Positions 21,237 through 30,982 are shown, counted from the first letter of the stretch. The stretch: 64,000 nucleotides of DNA from Phormidesmis sp. (GCA_965248535.1 CBDFJR010000005.1:1120001-1184000), one strand, 5' to 3'. Notes: generated by a model not told the origin, from the sequence alone. Program-made: numbers and translations.

Positions 21237-22112
21237 CTATTTCAACAGTTGGGGGTTGCCCTTTGCGTCATAGAGAAACGGATTAGGCCCCACCGCATTG
21301 ATCAAATCTTTTGGCTTGAGGTCGCCTCTGACTAAGCGAGAGAGCGTGTCCTGTCCGCCCGGCTGATAAACAATCGATCGCTCGACCCGGTTAAATCCTG
21401 CATTGGGGCGAACTTTTCCTGAGGCACCCAACAACTCAACCACCAGAGAATTTTGTCCTGGCTGCAACCCTGTGAGATAGAGCGGAAAGCGATCGGTCGT
21501 CTTCACGCTTTTGCCATTCAGGGTGTAGCGCACCGCCGCCGTTCGTCCTAGATTCACCCCGTCCACTACATAATCTAGCAAGATTGGCTCTGCGCCATAG
21601 GTGCCGCTCGCGGGCGAGACCAGCGTAATCAATCCAATAGGCTGATTATAGTCAGCAGCATTTTTGCCATCAAACTGCTGTACGCTAAACGTCACATGCG
21701 TCTGAGAGCCGCGATTGCGATAGCTCTGGTTCCAGGGTCGCGCCGCCACCACTCTAATCGTGTGGGTTCCGGGACTGAGCGTCAGCTTTAGCGGCTGGCC
21801 GGGGTCAAAATAGTCGATCGGAGAATTGTTATCAACGATCACCTTAAGATGCAAACCCAGCCCAGTTTCGGGGTCTTTGCCAGGAGAGAATCGCTTGACA
21901 GCAAGTTGCAGGGCTACCTCGGTTGAGTTGAGGGTGGCTCCGGGCAGAGGCGACACGATTTTAATATCTGGAGCAGCCTGATCAGTTGTGGGGGTCAACG
22001 ATTCGATCACGGCTGGCGTGGGCACAGCGGTTTGGGCGATCGCCCAGACACTATTAAACATCGTGAGCGCGATCGCCGTTCCCGTTCCCAGTACAGCAGT
22101 TTTGAGACTCAT
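21237..22112 (-). CDS. conserved cyanobacterial exported protein of unknown function
   Basis: signal peptide ending AIA-Q; LGLHLKVIVDN, PGTHTIRVVAARPW, GAEPILLDY. Confidence 0.75.
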   Translation of the reverse strand: MSLKTAVLGTGTAIALTMFNSVWAIAQTAVPTPAVIESLTPTTDQAAPDIKIVSPLPGATLNSTEVALQLAVKRFSPGKDPETGLGLHLKVIVDNNSPIDYFDPGQPLKLTLSPGTHTIRVVAARPWNQSYRNRGSQTHVTFSVQQFDGKNAADYNQPIGLITLVSPASGTYGAEPILLDYVVDGVNLGRTAAVRYTLNGKSVKTTDRFPLYLTGLQPGQNSLVVELLGASGKVRPNAGFNRVERSIVYQPGGQDTLSRLVRGDLKPKDLINAVGPNPFLYDAKGNPQLLK

Positions 22113-22139
22113 CGCTAAAGCTCCTTAAGGTGAATAGAA

Positions 22140-22153
22140 GTAACAAATTCTAC
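22140..22153. promoter_or_regulatory. candidate NtcA box
   Basis: GTAACAAATTCTAC(A) = GTA-N8-TAC, 28 bp upstream of the ATG at 22112. Confidence 0.4.
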
Positions 22154-22308
22154 AGTTACATCCATTTATCTCTGAGCATATCTATTGATATAAAAGTCTT
22201 AATGTTGCGCTCTAAGGATTGTGATTTGGTTAAGTATCGGTGACTGGCATCGTCCAATGGGCACATCAATGCCCTACCTTGGAGTCTGGCTAGCTTGAAT
22301 TCACGATC

Positions 22309-24285
22309 CTAAGTCAGTTGCCAAACTTTCACCGTGTTGTCAGAACTGCCACTCGCAAACCGTTGTCCGTCGGCACTGATGGCCACCACATTGACCGCGT
22401 TTGTGTGCTCAGTCAGCGTCCCGATTAACTCCCCGGTCGCCAGAACCCAGAGCTTGATGGTTTTATCACTGCTGCCGCTGATCAGCGTTTTACCGTCGGG
22501 GCTGATGGCGATCGAGTTGACCGTCTCAGTGTGACCCAACAAGGTGCGAATCACCTGCCCCGTGTTGGGGTTCCACAGTTTGATAGTTTTGTCTTTGCTG
22601 CTACTGGCTAAAATTTGTCCATCGGGGCTGATGGCGATCGACATGACTGAGTTGAGATGTCCGCTCAACGTTCTCACGAGGTGGCCTGTGTTCAGGTTCC
22701 AGAGTTTAATCTGGTTATCAAGCCCGCCACTGGCCAAAATCTGGCTGTTGGGGCTGATGGCCACCGATCGCACCATTCCCGCTAAGTCAGTAAAGCTTTG
22801 CAGCAGTTCCCAAGTTTTTGTGCGCCACACGCAGACGGTGCGATCTTCGCTGCCACTGGCAAAAAACTGGCCATCGGGGCTGATGGCCACCGAGTTAACA
22901 TCTCGACTGTGACCTGCTAGCGATCGCAGCATCGCCCCATTGGGCAACTGCCAAATTTTAATCGTGTCGTCATCACTGCAACTAATCAGCGTCTTGCCAT
23001 CAGGACTGGTGGCTAAAGAATTGATCGGCTTGCTGTGCCCGATAAGAATTCCTAGCCGCTCTCCGGTCGTCAAATCCCACAGCATGATGCGATCGTCTAA
23101 GCCGCCACTGATCAGCGTTCTGCCGTCTGAACTGAGGGCGATCGACACCACCCAAGACGAGTGCCCACTCAACGTGTGCAAACATCGACGCAGACCAACC
23201 GACGGCGGTAAACCCAGACTTTTGGCAGCAGAGGGATGCCCGATCGACGGCTGAGAAGGTCTTGCCCCAGAGGGTCTACTAAACGCGCTGTTGCCAGACA
23301 CGATCGGCGTTCCAGACGTGGGAGGCTGAGTCACCCCCGCCGCACTTCCCGCCGCAAATGACCTTTGAGGAGACGCAAAGGCTGGCGTAGCCAGCGCCAG
23401 TCGCAAATCGTGCATCGCTTCGTCTGCGGTTTGATAGCGATCGTTGACCAGATCTTTGAGCATTTTATCGAGCATCTGCCCAATGCGATCGCTGACGGCC
23501 GCTCCTCGCTGCGCGATCGTCTCTCGCCACAGCCACCGCCCCGCCAGCGGATCGTAGAGATCTTCAGGTTTGATTTGAGTCAGCAGATAGACACAGGTTG
23601 CCCCCAAACTATAAAAGTCACTCGCGGGGTAAGCTCGACCGTTTCGCAACTGCTCGATCGGCGCATAGCCCTCGGTGCCGATTTTAGTTCCGGGTTGAGT
23701 TGAGGTGCTTTCGGTCAAGAGCTTGGCCACCCCAAAGTCGATTAACACGAGTCTGCCATCGGCCTTACGACGAATGACATTTGAGGGCGTGATATCGCGA
23801 TGAATCACATGATGATCATGCACAAACTTCAAAATCGGCAGCAGCCGCACCAGCACCTCGCGAATTTTCTGTTCACTAAAGGCCCCTTGCCGATGAAGCT
23901 CTTGCGCCAGAGTTGGGCCTTCGATAAATTGCTGGACTAAATAGAGCCGCTGATCGTGTTCAAAATAGGCCAGCAGCGTCGGAATGTGGGGATGCTCACC
24001 CAATTCATGCAGCCGCATCGCCTCTTGTTCAAACAGTTTTATGGCCTTTTCTAACGCTTTGGTGCCCTTCGACTGGGGTGAAAACTGCTTAATTACACAA
24101 TACGTTCTCAGCCGATCTTCATCGACCGCCAGAAATGTTTTGCCAAACCCACCTTGACCCAAGGGCTTTAAAACGCGATAGCGCCCTCGCAGCATCGGCA
24201 CCAGCTTTGCCCCGCAGCTTTGACAAAACTCTGTCCCATCAACATTCTGGGGGCGCTTACATTCAGGATCTAAGCAGTAAGTCAT
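22309..24285 (-). CDS. Ser/Thr protein kinase with C-terminal WD40 propeller
   Basis: N-terminal Cys knuckle, LGQGGFGKT, IHRDITPSN, DFG, GTEGYAP; seven GH...WD-type repeats. Confidence 0.95.
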   Translation of the reverse strand: MTYCLDPECKRPQNVDGTEFCQSCGAKLVPMLRGRYRVLKPLGQGGFGKTFLAVDEDRLRTYCVIKQFSPQSKGTKALEKAIKLFEQEAMRLHELGEHPHIPTLLAYFEHDQRLYLVQQFIEGPTLAQELHRQGAFSEQKIREVLVRLLPILKFVHDHHVIHRDITPSNVIRRKADGRLVLIDFGVAKLLTESTSTQPGTKIGTEGYAPIEQLRNGRAYPASDFYSLGATCVYLLTQIKPEDLYDPLAGRWLWRETIAQRGAAVSDRIGQMLDKMLKDLVNDRYQTADEAMHDLRLALATPAFASPQRSFAAGSAAGVTQPPTSGTPIVSGNSAFSRPSGARPSQPSIGHPSAAKSLGLPPSVGLRRCLHTLSGHSSWVVSIALSSDGRTLISGGLDDRIMLWDLTTGERLGILIGHSKPINSLATSPDGKTLISCSDDDTIKIWQLPNGAMLRSLAGHSRDVNSVAISPDGQFFASGSEDRTVCVWRTKTWELLQSFTDLAGMVRSVAISPNSQILASGGLDNQIKLWNLNTGHLVRTLSGHLNSVMSIAISPDGQILASSSKDKTIKLWNPNTGQVIRTLLGHTETVNSIAISPDGKTLISGSSDKTIKLWVLATGELIGTLTEHTNAVNVVAISADGQRFASGSSDNTVKVWQLT

Positions 24286-24427
24286 TAATCAGAAGTCACA
24301 GGTAACTGGGCAGTCAGGGGCGAGGCTCCCACGATCGTCACGGGAAGGGACATCATTCTGATCTTACTCCTCAAACGTCCACCAGGTAAGCTGAGAACAA
24401 ATAGCTCATCGTTGAATGCTTTTAATC

Positions 24428-24688
24428 ATGCCTGATTCCATCACGATCGTCGTCAAACTTTTTGCAGCTTATCAAGAAGCCTATGGCGTTTCAGACTTGA
24501 CCTTAGAACTCCCGATCGGGGGGACGGTGGCTGATCTGCGCGATCGGCTGCTCGCAGACCATCCCGAACTTACTCAATGGCGTGACCTGACTCGATTTGG
24601 CGTTAACCTGCACTTTGTCGAGCCTGACACCGTGCTTCAGTCTGGCGACGAAGTGGTGTTTATTCCCCCAGTCAGCGGCGGCCTTTGA
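24428..24688 (+). CDS. moaD: MoaD/ThiS family sulfur carrier (ends GG-L)
   Basis: VKLFAAYQE, GDEVVFIPPVSGG(L); alternative ATG at 24416. Confidence 0.8.
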   Translation: MPDSITIVVKLFAAYQEAYGVSDLTLELPIGGTVADLRDRLLADHPELTQWRDLTRFGVNLHFVEPDTVLQSGDEVVFIPPVSGGL

Positions 24689-24743
24689 ATCCCGACTTTT
24701 TTTATCGGGATTGTTTGACTCGATTTTTTGCCCATGCTAGTAT
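24688..24743 (+). promoter_or_regulatory. sigma70-type promoter of the thrC-like operon with an adjacent inverted-repeat operator
   Basis: AATCCCGA-N9-TCGGGATT (24688-24712), then TTGACT (24715-20), 17 bp, TGc-TAGTAT (24738-43). Confidence 0.6.
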
Positions 24744-24799
24744 CAGTTCACATCAGTCACTAAACCGTTAGAACGATTGCACCGAGAGGATTTCACGAT

Positions 24800-26104
24800 A
24801 TGACTCAGGCGACCCAACCCAAAAATCACTCCATCACTGCTGCCTTTGAAGCGCTGAAATGCAAAGAATGCGGCACAGAGTATGAACTGAAGGCAAGCCA
24901 CGTCTGTGAGTTTTGCTTTGGCCCACTCGAAGTGAAATATGACTATGAGTTTTTGCGCCGCACTGTCACTCGTGAAACAATTCAGGCTGGCCCCAACTCG
25001 ATTTGGCGCTATCGTCCGTTTTTGCCTGTTGCCACCAACACCCCGATCGATGTCGGCACAGGCATGACTCCTCTGGTGAAATCTAACCGTTTAGCCCGTC
25101 GCCTAGGTCTCAAAAATCTTTATATCAAGAACGACGCGGTGAATATGCCGACCTTGAGCTTTAAAGATCGGGTGGTCTCTGTTGCTCTAACTCGCGCTCA
25201 AGAGCTAGGATTCACTACGGTTTCGTGTGCTAGCACCGGGAATCTGGCTAACTCGACAGCGGCGATCGCGGCTCATGCAGGTCTCGATTGTTGTGTGTTC
25301 ATCCCGTCTGATCTAGAAGCGGGCAAGGTGATGGGCACCCTGATTTACAATCCCACGGTGATGTCAGTTCACGGCAACTACGATCAAGTGAATCGGCTTT
25401 GCTCTGAGGTCGCCAACACCCACGGCTGGGGCTTTGTCAACATCAACCTGCGTCCTTACTATTCAGAAGGGTCTAAGACCTTAGGCTATGAAGTTGCCGA
25501 ACAGCTAGGATGGCAGTTGCCCGATCACATTGTTGCGCCGTTAGCATCTGGTTCTTTGTTTACCAAGATTTATAAAGGCTTCCAAGAATTCATAGAAGTC
25601 GGGTTAGTCGATGCCAAGCCCGTGCGGTTTAGCGGTGCCCAAGCTGAGGGCTGCTCTCCGATCGCCAAAGCCTTTGAAGAAGGCCGCGACTTTATCTCAC
25701 CTGTGAAGCCCAACACGATCGCTAAATCCATCGCGATCGGCAACCCGGCAGATGGGGTCTATGCGATCGACATCGCCCGCAAAACCAACGGTACGATCAC
25801 GTCAGTCAACGATGCCGAAATCATTGAGGGCATCAAGCTGCTAGCCGAAACTGAAGGTATCTTCACCGAAACCGCAGGCGGCACCACGATCGCCGTTCTC
25901 AAAAAGCTGGTGGAAGCAGGTAAAATCGATCCTGACGAAACCACGGTGGTCTACATCACAGGCAACGGTCTCAAGACTCAAGAAGCGGTGCAAGGCTATG
26001 TGGGCGAACCGTTTACGATCGAGCCAAAACTCGACAGCTTTGAGCGGGCCCTAGAGCGGTCAAAAACCCTCGATCGTCTAGAGTGGCAGCCAGTTCTCGT
26101 CTAA
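24800..26104 (+). CDS. thrC: threonine synthase-like PLP enzyme with N-terminal Zn ribbon
   Basis: CKECG...CEFC, PTLSFKDR, CASTGNLA, EGSKT, ITGNGLKT; true substrate uncertain (see findings). Confidence 0.8.
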   Translation: MTQATQPKNHSITAAFEALKCKECGTEYELKASHVCEFCFGPLEVKYDYEFLRRTVTRETIQAGPNSIWRYRPFLPVATNTPIDVGTGMTPLVKSNRLARRLGLKNLYIKNDAVNMPTLSFKDRVVSVALTRAQELGFTTVSCASTGNLANSTAAIAAHAGLDCCVFIPSDLEAGKVMGTLIYNPTVMSVHGNYDQVNRLCSEVANTHGWGFVNINLRPYYSEGSKTLGYEVAEQLGWQLPDHIVAPLASGSLFTKIYKGFQEFIEVGLVDAKPVRFSGAQAEGCSPIAKAFEEGRDFISPVKPNTIAKSIAIGNPADGVYAIDIARKTNGTITSVNDAEIIEGIKLLAETEGIFTETAGGTTIAVLKKLVEAGKIDPDETTVVYITGNGLKTQEAVQGYVGEPFTIEPKLDSFERALERSKTLDRLEWQPVLV

Positions 26105-26186
26105 AAATGATCAAGGGTGAAGGTCAACTTTAAGACCGCTCATCGTTGATCGCTTGTCATCAATCCCTCATCATTTTTCCTTCATC

Positions 26187-26462
26187 ATGACTGTTAAAGT
26201 TCTCATTCCGACTCCGTTGCAAAAACTCACGAATGATCAAGCAACTGTTGATTGCAGCGGCACCAGCGTTGCAGAGTTGCTAGAATCTCTCGAACAAAAC
26301 TGCCCCGGCATTAAAGCTCGTCTCTGTGATGAGCAGGGACAGTTGCGGCGGTTTGTCAATTTCTATGTCAATAGTGAAGACATTCGCTTTTTAGATGGTG
26401 TCAATACTTCCCTTAGCGATGGCGATGAGGTCAGCATTATTCCGGCGATCGCGGGCGGCTGA
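26187..26462 (+). CDS. MoaD/ThiS/CysO-like ubiquitin-fold sulfur carrier
   Basis: [13 protein letters not shown]...[15 protein letters not shown]...IIPAIAGG* with free C-terminal GG. Confidence 0.9.
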   Translation: MTVKVLIPTPLQKLTNDQATVDCSGTSVAELLESLEQNCPGIKARLCDEQGQLRRFVNFYVNSEDIRFLDGVNTSLSDGDEVSIIPAIAGG

Positions 26463-26487
26463 TTTCACGACCCAGCTATAATTCATC

Positions 26488-26523
26488 AAGCCGTTGGTCA
26501 GGAATTCTTGACCAACGGCTTTT
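26488..26523. terminator. terminator hairpin between convergent genes
   Basis: AAGCCGTTGGTCAGGAATTCTTGACCAACGGCTT plus T tail. Confidence 0.85.
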
Positions 26524-26531
26524 AGTATTTG

Positions 26532-27290
26532 TTAAATGGATTGCGGACTCGCTAAAAAAACCTTGGTTTGATATCTCAAATAGACAATGCCTTCGTCTTC
26601 CCGGCGTTCATAAAGATTGTTGAGGTCAATCATCAGTTGTTCATGAGCCGTTCCATTTTGAGGAACATAGGATCTACTGTTGGCGTTGCCAATCAATCCC
26701 GCTCGATCGAGCGATTGTTGAAAGAAAAAATGACATTCCTGCACATCAGTGAAGTTAGGATTTTCAGGGATAAATTCTGGGCGATCGAGCGCAGGATGTT
26801 GATCAGAGGCTTTCTCCATCAGTTTCCCGTATTCCTGAGTAAAGGGATCGCCTAAATCCCGATTGTTCCAAACGAGTGCTAGCCGTCCCGATGGTTTAAG
26901 AATGCGCCGAAACTCCATCAATGTCGGCTCAGGATCAAACCAGTGAAACGACTGAAAGCACGTCACTAAATCAAGCGAATGATCAGATAACCCCGTCTGC
27001 TCAGCGGTCACCGCTCGATACTCGACGTGAGGATGCGATTCTGCGGCGGCACTCATTGCGGCATTTGGCTCGATCGCCCAGACATTCACCCCTCGATCTG
27101 CTAACAACCGCGCCGAAATGCCCGTTCCTGCGCCAATATCGGCTGCAATTAATTGAGATGGCTCACCCAATCTCGCGAGAATTTTGTCGATCGCTTCCTC
27201 TGGATAGCTGGGGCGATAGTTGGCATAGTCAGAGGCACGATCGCTAAATCGATTCAACGGGTCAAGCTGATGAAGTGGAAGACTAGACAT
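26532..27290 (-). CDS. class I SAM-dependent methyltransferase
   Basis: RFSDRASDYANYRPSYP, ADIGAGTG, QSFHWFD, RILKPSG. Confidence 0.9.
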   Translation of the reverse strand: MSSLPLHQLDPLNRFSDRASDYANYRPSYPEEAIDKILARLGEPSQLIAADIGAGTGISARLLADRGVNVWAIEPNAAMSAAAESHPHVEYRAVTAEQTGLSDHSLDLVTCFQSFHWFDPEPTLMEFRRILKPSGRLALVWNNRDLGDPFTQEYGKLMEKASDQHPALDRPEFIPENPNFTDVQECHFFFQQSLDRAGLIGNANSRSYVPQNGTAHEQLMIDLNNLYERREDEGIVYLRYQTKVFLASPQSI

Positions 27291-27380
27291 TGTTGATAAA
27301 CAGTAGACTGCTGACTCCAAGGGTACGACACCTGCCTACAAGTTTGTTTAGCGATAAAATACAAGAGCTACTTCTGGCTG

Positions 27381-28199
27381 GTGCCCGCTATGGTCGATAC
27401 ACTTCTCCTCCAGACCAACGCTGACCCGGACGGCTGGAACCCTCCCATGCCGCCCACCGACTTGATTTTTGACGATGGAGAACCCTTGGAAACCAATCAA
27501 CATCGCGTTGCGATGAATGTGCTGATTCGCTCTTATCAGCAATATCGGGCGGGGCAGACCGACTTTTATGTCGGGGGCAATATGTTTATTTACTACAGCA
27601 GCACTCAGGTTAAAAATCGCGACTTTAGAGGGCCCGATTTCTTTGTTGTGCTAGATGTAGAGGGCAGCCGCGATCGTCAGGGTTGGGTGGTGTGGGAAGA
27701 AGAGGGACGCTATCCCGATGTGATTGTTGAATTGATGTCTCCCAGCACGGCCAAGGTCGATTTGGGTCTTAAAAAGCAGCTCTACGATCGTGTCTTCAAA
27801 ACTCAAGATTATTTTGTTTACAATCCTTTTGACTCAAACTCATTGCAGGGCTGGCATCGCAGCAATTCCTACGAGCCGATCGCGCCCGATCAACGCGGTT
27901 GGCTGTGGTGTGAAACCTTAAGACTCTGGCTAGGAAGCTGGACAGGGACGATCGATCGCGAGACAACAAGCTGGCTAAGGTTTTATGACGCAAATGGCTC
28001 TTTAGTGCTGTTGCCCGAAGAGGTCGCCCAACAACGAGCCGAAGCAGAGACTCAACGGGCTGATGAAGAAGCTCAACGGGCCGATGAAGAAGCTCAACGG
28101 GCTGATGAAGAAGCTCAACGGGCTGATGGAGAACGACTTCGGGCTGAACGTCTGGCGGCTCGGCTGCGAGAATTGGGAGAAGACCCCGATCGGATTTGA
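27381..28199 (+). CDS. Uma2 family endonuclease with C-terminal heptad repeat tail
   Basis: PPTDLIFDDGEPLE, FRGPDFFVV, PDVIVELMSPST; 21-nt tandem repeats encoding (QRADEEA)n at ~28030-28130. Confidence 0.9.
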   Translation: MPAMVDTLLLQTNADPDGWNPPMPPTDLIFDDGEPLETNQHRVAMNVLIRSYQQYRAGQTDFYVGGNMFIYYSSTQVKNRDFRGPDFFVVLDVEGSRDRQGWVVWEEEGRYPDVIVELMSPSTAKVDLGLKKQLYDRVFKTQDYFVYNPFDSNSLQGWHRSNSYEPIAPDQRGWLWCETLRLWLGSWTGTIDRETTSWLRFYDANGSLVLLPEEVAQQRAEAETQRADEEAQRADEEAQRADEEAQRADGERLRAERLAARLRELGEDPDRI

Positions 28200-28229
28200 T
28201 GGCTTAACATTGGGAGTCTGATTTGCCAA

Positions 28230-28282
28230 CAAAAAGCCTCTAGCCTAAGCCAGAGGCGAATTATCAGGGTGCATCTACGATT
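28230..28282 (-). ncRNA. terminator-ended short element, candidate sRNA
   Basis: minus strand: ATCGTAGATGCACCCTGATAATTC-GCCTCTGGCTTAGGCTAGAGGC-TTTTTG. The hairpin is clear; sRNA status is inferred. Confidence 0.35.
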
Positions 28283-28352
28283 CCTGTATCCTCATAGACC
28301 AGCCTGCTTTCCGGGGAAAATCCCAGGGCATCTATAAAATTTTCTTAAAATC

Positions 28353-29186
28353 CTAGAGTGACCGTCTTTGCTGATTGGCCGCTTGTTTGATCGGCTCCAG
28401 CAGATCGAGCGACAAATGCAAGCTGTTGAGAGAGGAATAATCATCGCGTTTAGTGTCAGGGTTTGGCCCGTGATAGTCGCTGCCGCCCGTCATCAGCAAC
28501 TGATAGTCTGCACAAAGCGCCTCAAGGCGGGCAACTTGTCTGAGGGTGTGGCTAGGGTGAAACACTTCAATGCCCATTAGCCCAGCCTCAACGAGAGGTG
28601 GCAAAACCTCTTCGACAGATCCCCCTCTAAACAGGCACGGATGCGCCCATACGGGAACAGCTTTGCACGATCGCAGCAGTTCTATCCCCTCCTCGCTGTC
28701 AAATTTTTCATAGTGAACATAGGCAGGCTTATCATCACCGAGAAAGCGATCGAAGGCCTCTCGCGATGAGCCGACATAGCCTGCCCGCACCATTGCCGAC
28801 GCAATATGAGGACGACCCGGAGCCATGCCCTCTCCGGTTTCTGGCAACTCGACGGGGTAGCCGAGATCCGCTAGTTTTTCAACGATTTTTTGCGATCGCC
28901 GTTTGCGTCCTTCTAATCGCTCATTTAATGGCGCAGACAGCAGATCGCGATCGGGGTAAAAGCCCAAAATGTGGAGAGAGCGATCGTTGCAAACGGTGCT
29001 GAGTTCGAGTCCGGGAACAATTTCGAGGCGATCGATCGCGGCAGCAAAGGCTTCATCCCAGCCGCTCATCGTATCGTGATCGGTGATGGCTAACGCTCGA
29101 ACCTGTTTAGCGATCGCGGCGTTGACCAACTCCGTAGGGGTCAGAGTGCCGTCAGAATAGGTAGTGTGACAGTGAAGTTCTAACAT
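28353..29186 (-). CDS. PHP domain metal-dependent phosphoesterase (TrpH/YciV-like)
   Basis: LHCHTTYSDG, ITDHD, GRPHIA, AHP, GGSDYHG. Confidence 0.9.
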   Translation of the reverse strand: MLELHCHTTYSDGTLTPTELVNAAIAKQVRALAITDHDTMSGWDEAFAAAIDRLEIVPGLELSTVCNDRSLHILGFYPDRDLLSAPLNERLEGRKRRSQKIVEKLADLGYPVELPETGEGMAPGRPHIASAMVRAGYVGSSREAFDRFLGDDKPAYVHYEKFDSEEGIELLRSCKAVPVWAHPCLFRGGSVEEVLPPLVEAGLMGIEVFHPSHTLRQVARLEALCADYQLLMTGGSDYHGPNPDTKRDDYSSLNSLHLSLDLLEPIKQAANQQRRSL

Positions 29187-29225
29187 ACTTCATATTACAG
29201 CACTTATTTTTTAGGTTGTGACCCA

Positions 29226-30047
29226 ATGCCTGAAGGCCCAGAAATTAGACAAGCGGCGGACGAGCTAGCCAAAGCTTTGGTCGATCGACCCGTGACGGAG
29301 ATTTTCTTTGCCTTCGATCGGCTCAAGCCATTTGAGGAAACCCTGACCGGAGAGACGATCACCGCCATCAAAACCCGTGGTAAGGCGATGGTAATTTGCT
29401 TTTCGATTCCGCTTTATATCTATAGTCACAATCAGCTTTATGGTCGCTGGTATGTGCGAAATTTGCAGTCTTACCCGACCACAAATCGGCAGTTGAGATT
29501 GGCGATTCACACCGCAAAAAAGTCGGCGCTGCTCTATAGTGCGTCTGACATTCAGGTGTTGGATGAATATGGGCTAGCGACTCACCCATTTCTAAGTCGA
29601 GTCGAGTTGGATGTGTTGGATCAAGCGGTCACAGTTGAAGAGATTAGCGATCGCTGTCTCGATCAGCGATTTCGTCGTCGCCAGTTAACCTCGCTGCTGC
29701 TAGACCAGCATTTTTTAGGTGGATTGGGAAACTATCTTCGCAGTGAGATTTTGTTTGTCGCCAGAGTGCATCCGTCTTTAAGGCCCGTAGACTGCGATAC
29801 TGAACAGATCCAGTCATTGGCGCAAGCGGTATTATTAGTAACGCACCAGTCCTATAGAACCAAGGGCATCACCAATGATTTGCAAATTGTCGCCCAACTC
29901 AAAGAGCAAAACTATAAGCGCAGTGACTATCGACACTATGTTTTTGGTCGTCAAGGGAAACCTTGTTTTTTGTGCGGCACGGCGATCGTTAAAGACATCT
30001 ATGCAGGTCGGCGGCTCTATTTTTGTCCTCAGTGTCAAGCCCTCTAA
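29226..30047 (+). CDS. nei: endonuclease VIII (Fpg/Nei DNA glycosylase)
   Basis: MPEGPEI, RGKAM, HNQLYG, GLGNYLRSEILF, C-terminal zinc finger CFLC...CPQC. Confidence 0.9.
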   Translation: MPEGPEIRQAADELAKALVDRPVTEIFFAFDRLKPFEETLTGETITAIKTRGKAMVICFSIPLYIYSHNQLYGRWYVRNLQSYPTTNRQLRLAIHTAKKSALLYSASDIQVLDEYGLATHPFLSRVELDVLDQAVTVEEISDRCLDQRFRRRQLTSLLLDQHFLGGLGNYLRSEILFVARVHPSLRPVDCDTEQIQSLAQAVLLVTHQSYRTKGITNDLQIVAQLKEQNYKRSDYRHYVFGRQGKPCFLCGTAIVKDIYAGRRLYFCPQCQAL

Positions 30048-30068
30048 TCTTTCTCCCAAGCTGAATGT

Positions 30069-30347
30069 ATGCCTTTGATTAACGCGATGCAGAGCCTGTT
30101 CGATCGTCCTCCGATTCCTTTTGACCCCAATCGGCAGTCGCTCAAGAGTTGGGCAAAGTTTTGCCTGCAAGATCGGGGGTTTAAGGTGGTTTATGCTCAA
30201 AATGCCGACTTTGCGATTGAGACCAACACGGGTGAAAAAGCCTATTTTAACGTCAACACCAGCGCTGAGAATTTAGACCTCAAAACAGGATGGATTGTTG
30301 TCGCTGAGTCGGGTCAAACTGCAACCGTGATTGCCCCTCAACCCTAA
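30069..30347 (+). CDS. hypothetical protein
   Basis: 92-aa ORF co-oriented just after nei, non-overlapping except at the convergent stop. Confidence 0.65.
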   Translation: MPLINAMQSLFDRPPIPFDPNRQSLKSWAKFCLQDRGFKVVYAQNADFAIETNTGEKAYFNVNTSAENLDLKTGWIVVAESGQTATVIAPQP

Positions 30348-30934
30348 CTGACCTTAGCTTTGCGAGAGGCTTTGACGATCGTCATATTGGAACTGCGGCG
30401 CGATCGGGCGACTTCGGCCGTGCGTGGCCCTGCCCGATCAGGACTCAATCCGATATTGCCGCCTTTGTTAAAAACCATGAGTCCTTTAACGTCTTGCCAA
30501 AACGGACGATCGGACTGATGTAAATCGAGCAACAACAGCGTCACACTCAGCAGCAAAATGCCAATGCCGATTACAAACAGCGCCAAGGCGATCGTGATCA
30601 ACCCAGCCCCATCCCAAACCGTTCTCAGGGCCAGAGAAAATGTGCTGGCAACAAACACCATAAACGCATAGTGAATCGCGATCGTGCTCTTTTGCGCCAG
30701 TTTGACCTGTTGATGAAGGTGACGAAGCTGCTTTTTGAGCAACAAGAGCCGATCGCCCTGGGAGTCATAGGCAAGATGCAACACTTGACAATATTCTAGG
30801 CTGGTCGTTTGCAGGCGCTGTTCTAAAGCGCTGCGTCTTAGCAGCAAACCCGCCAAAATAAAGGCGCAGGCAACAATCATGAGCACTGAGTTGAGAATTA
30901 GCTGAATCAGTTGGGTGGTTTGCTCGACGCTCAT
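30344..30934 (-). CDS. DUF2721-like membrane protein
   Basis: MSVEQTTQLIQLILNSVLM, three hydrophobic helices. Confidence 0.7.
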   Translation of the reverse strand: MSVEQTTQLIQLILNSVLMIVACAFILAGLLLRRSALEQRLQTTSLEYCQVLHLAYDSQGDRLLLLKKQLRHLHQQVKLAQKSTIAIHYAFMVFVASTFSLALRTVWDGAGLITIALALFVIGIGILLLSVTLLLLDLHQSDRPFWQDVKGLMVFNKGGNIGLSPDRAGPRTAEVARSRRSSNMTIVKASRKAKVS

Positions 30935-30982
30935 GAGAGTTCCTTTAAACCGGATTGGGGTGCTATTAGGATACCATAGTTT

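Noticed and set aside
28030..28130. 21-nt tandem repeats as CRISPR or a non-coding VNTR
   Set aside because: in-frame coiled-coil tail of a Uma2 gene
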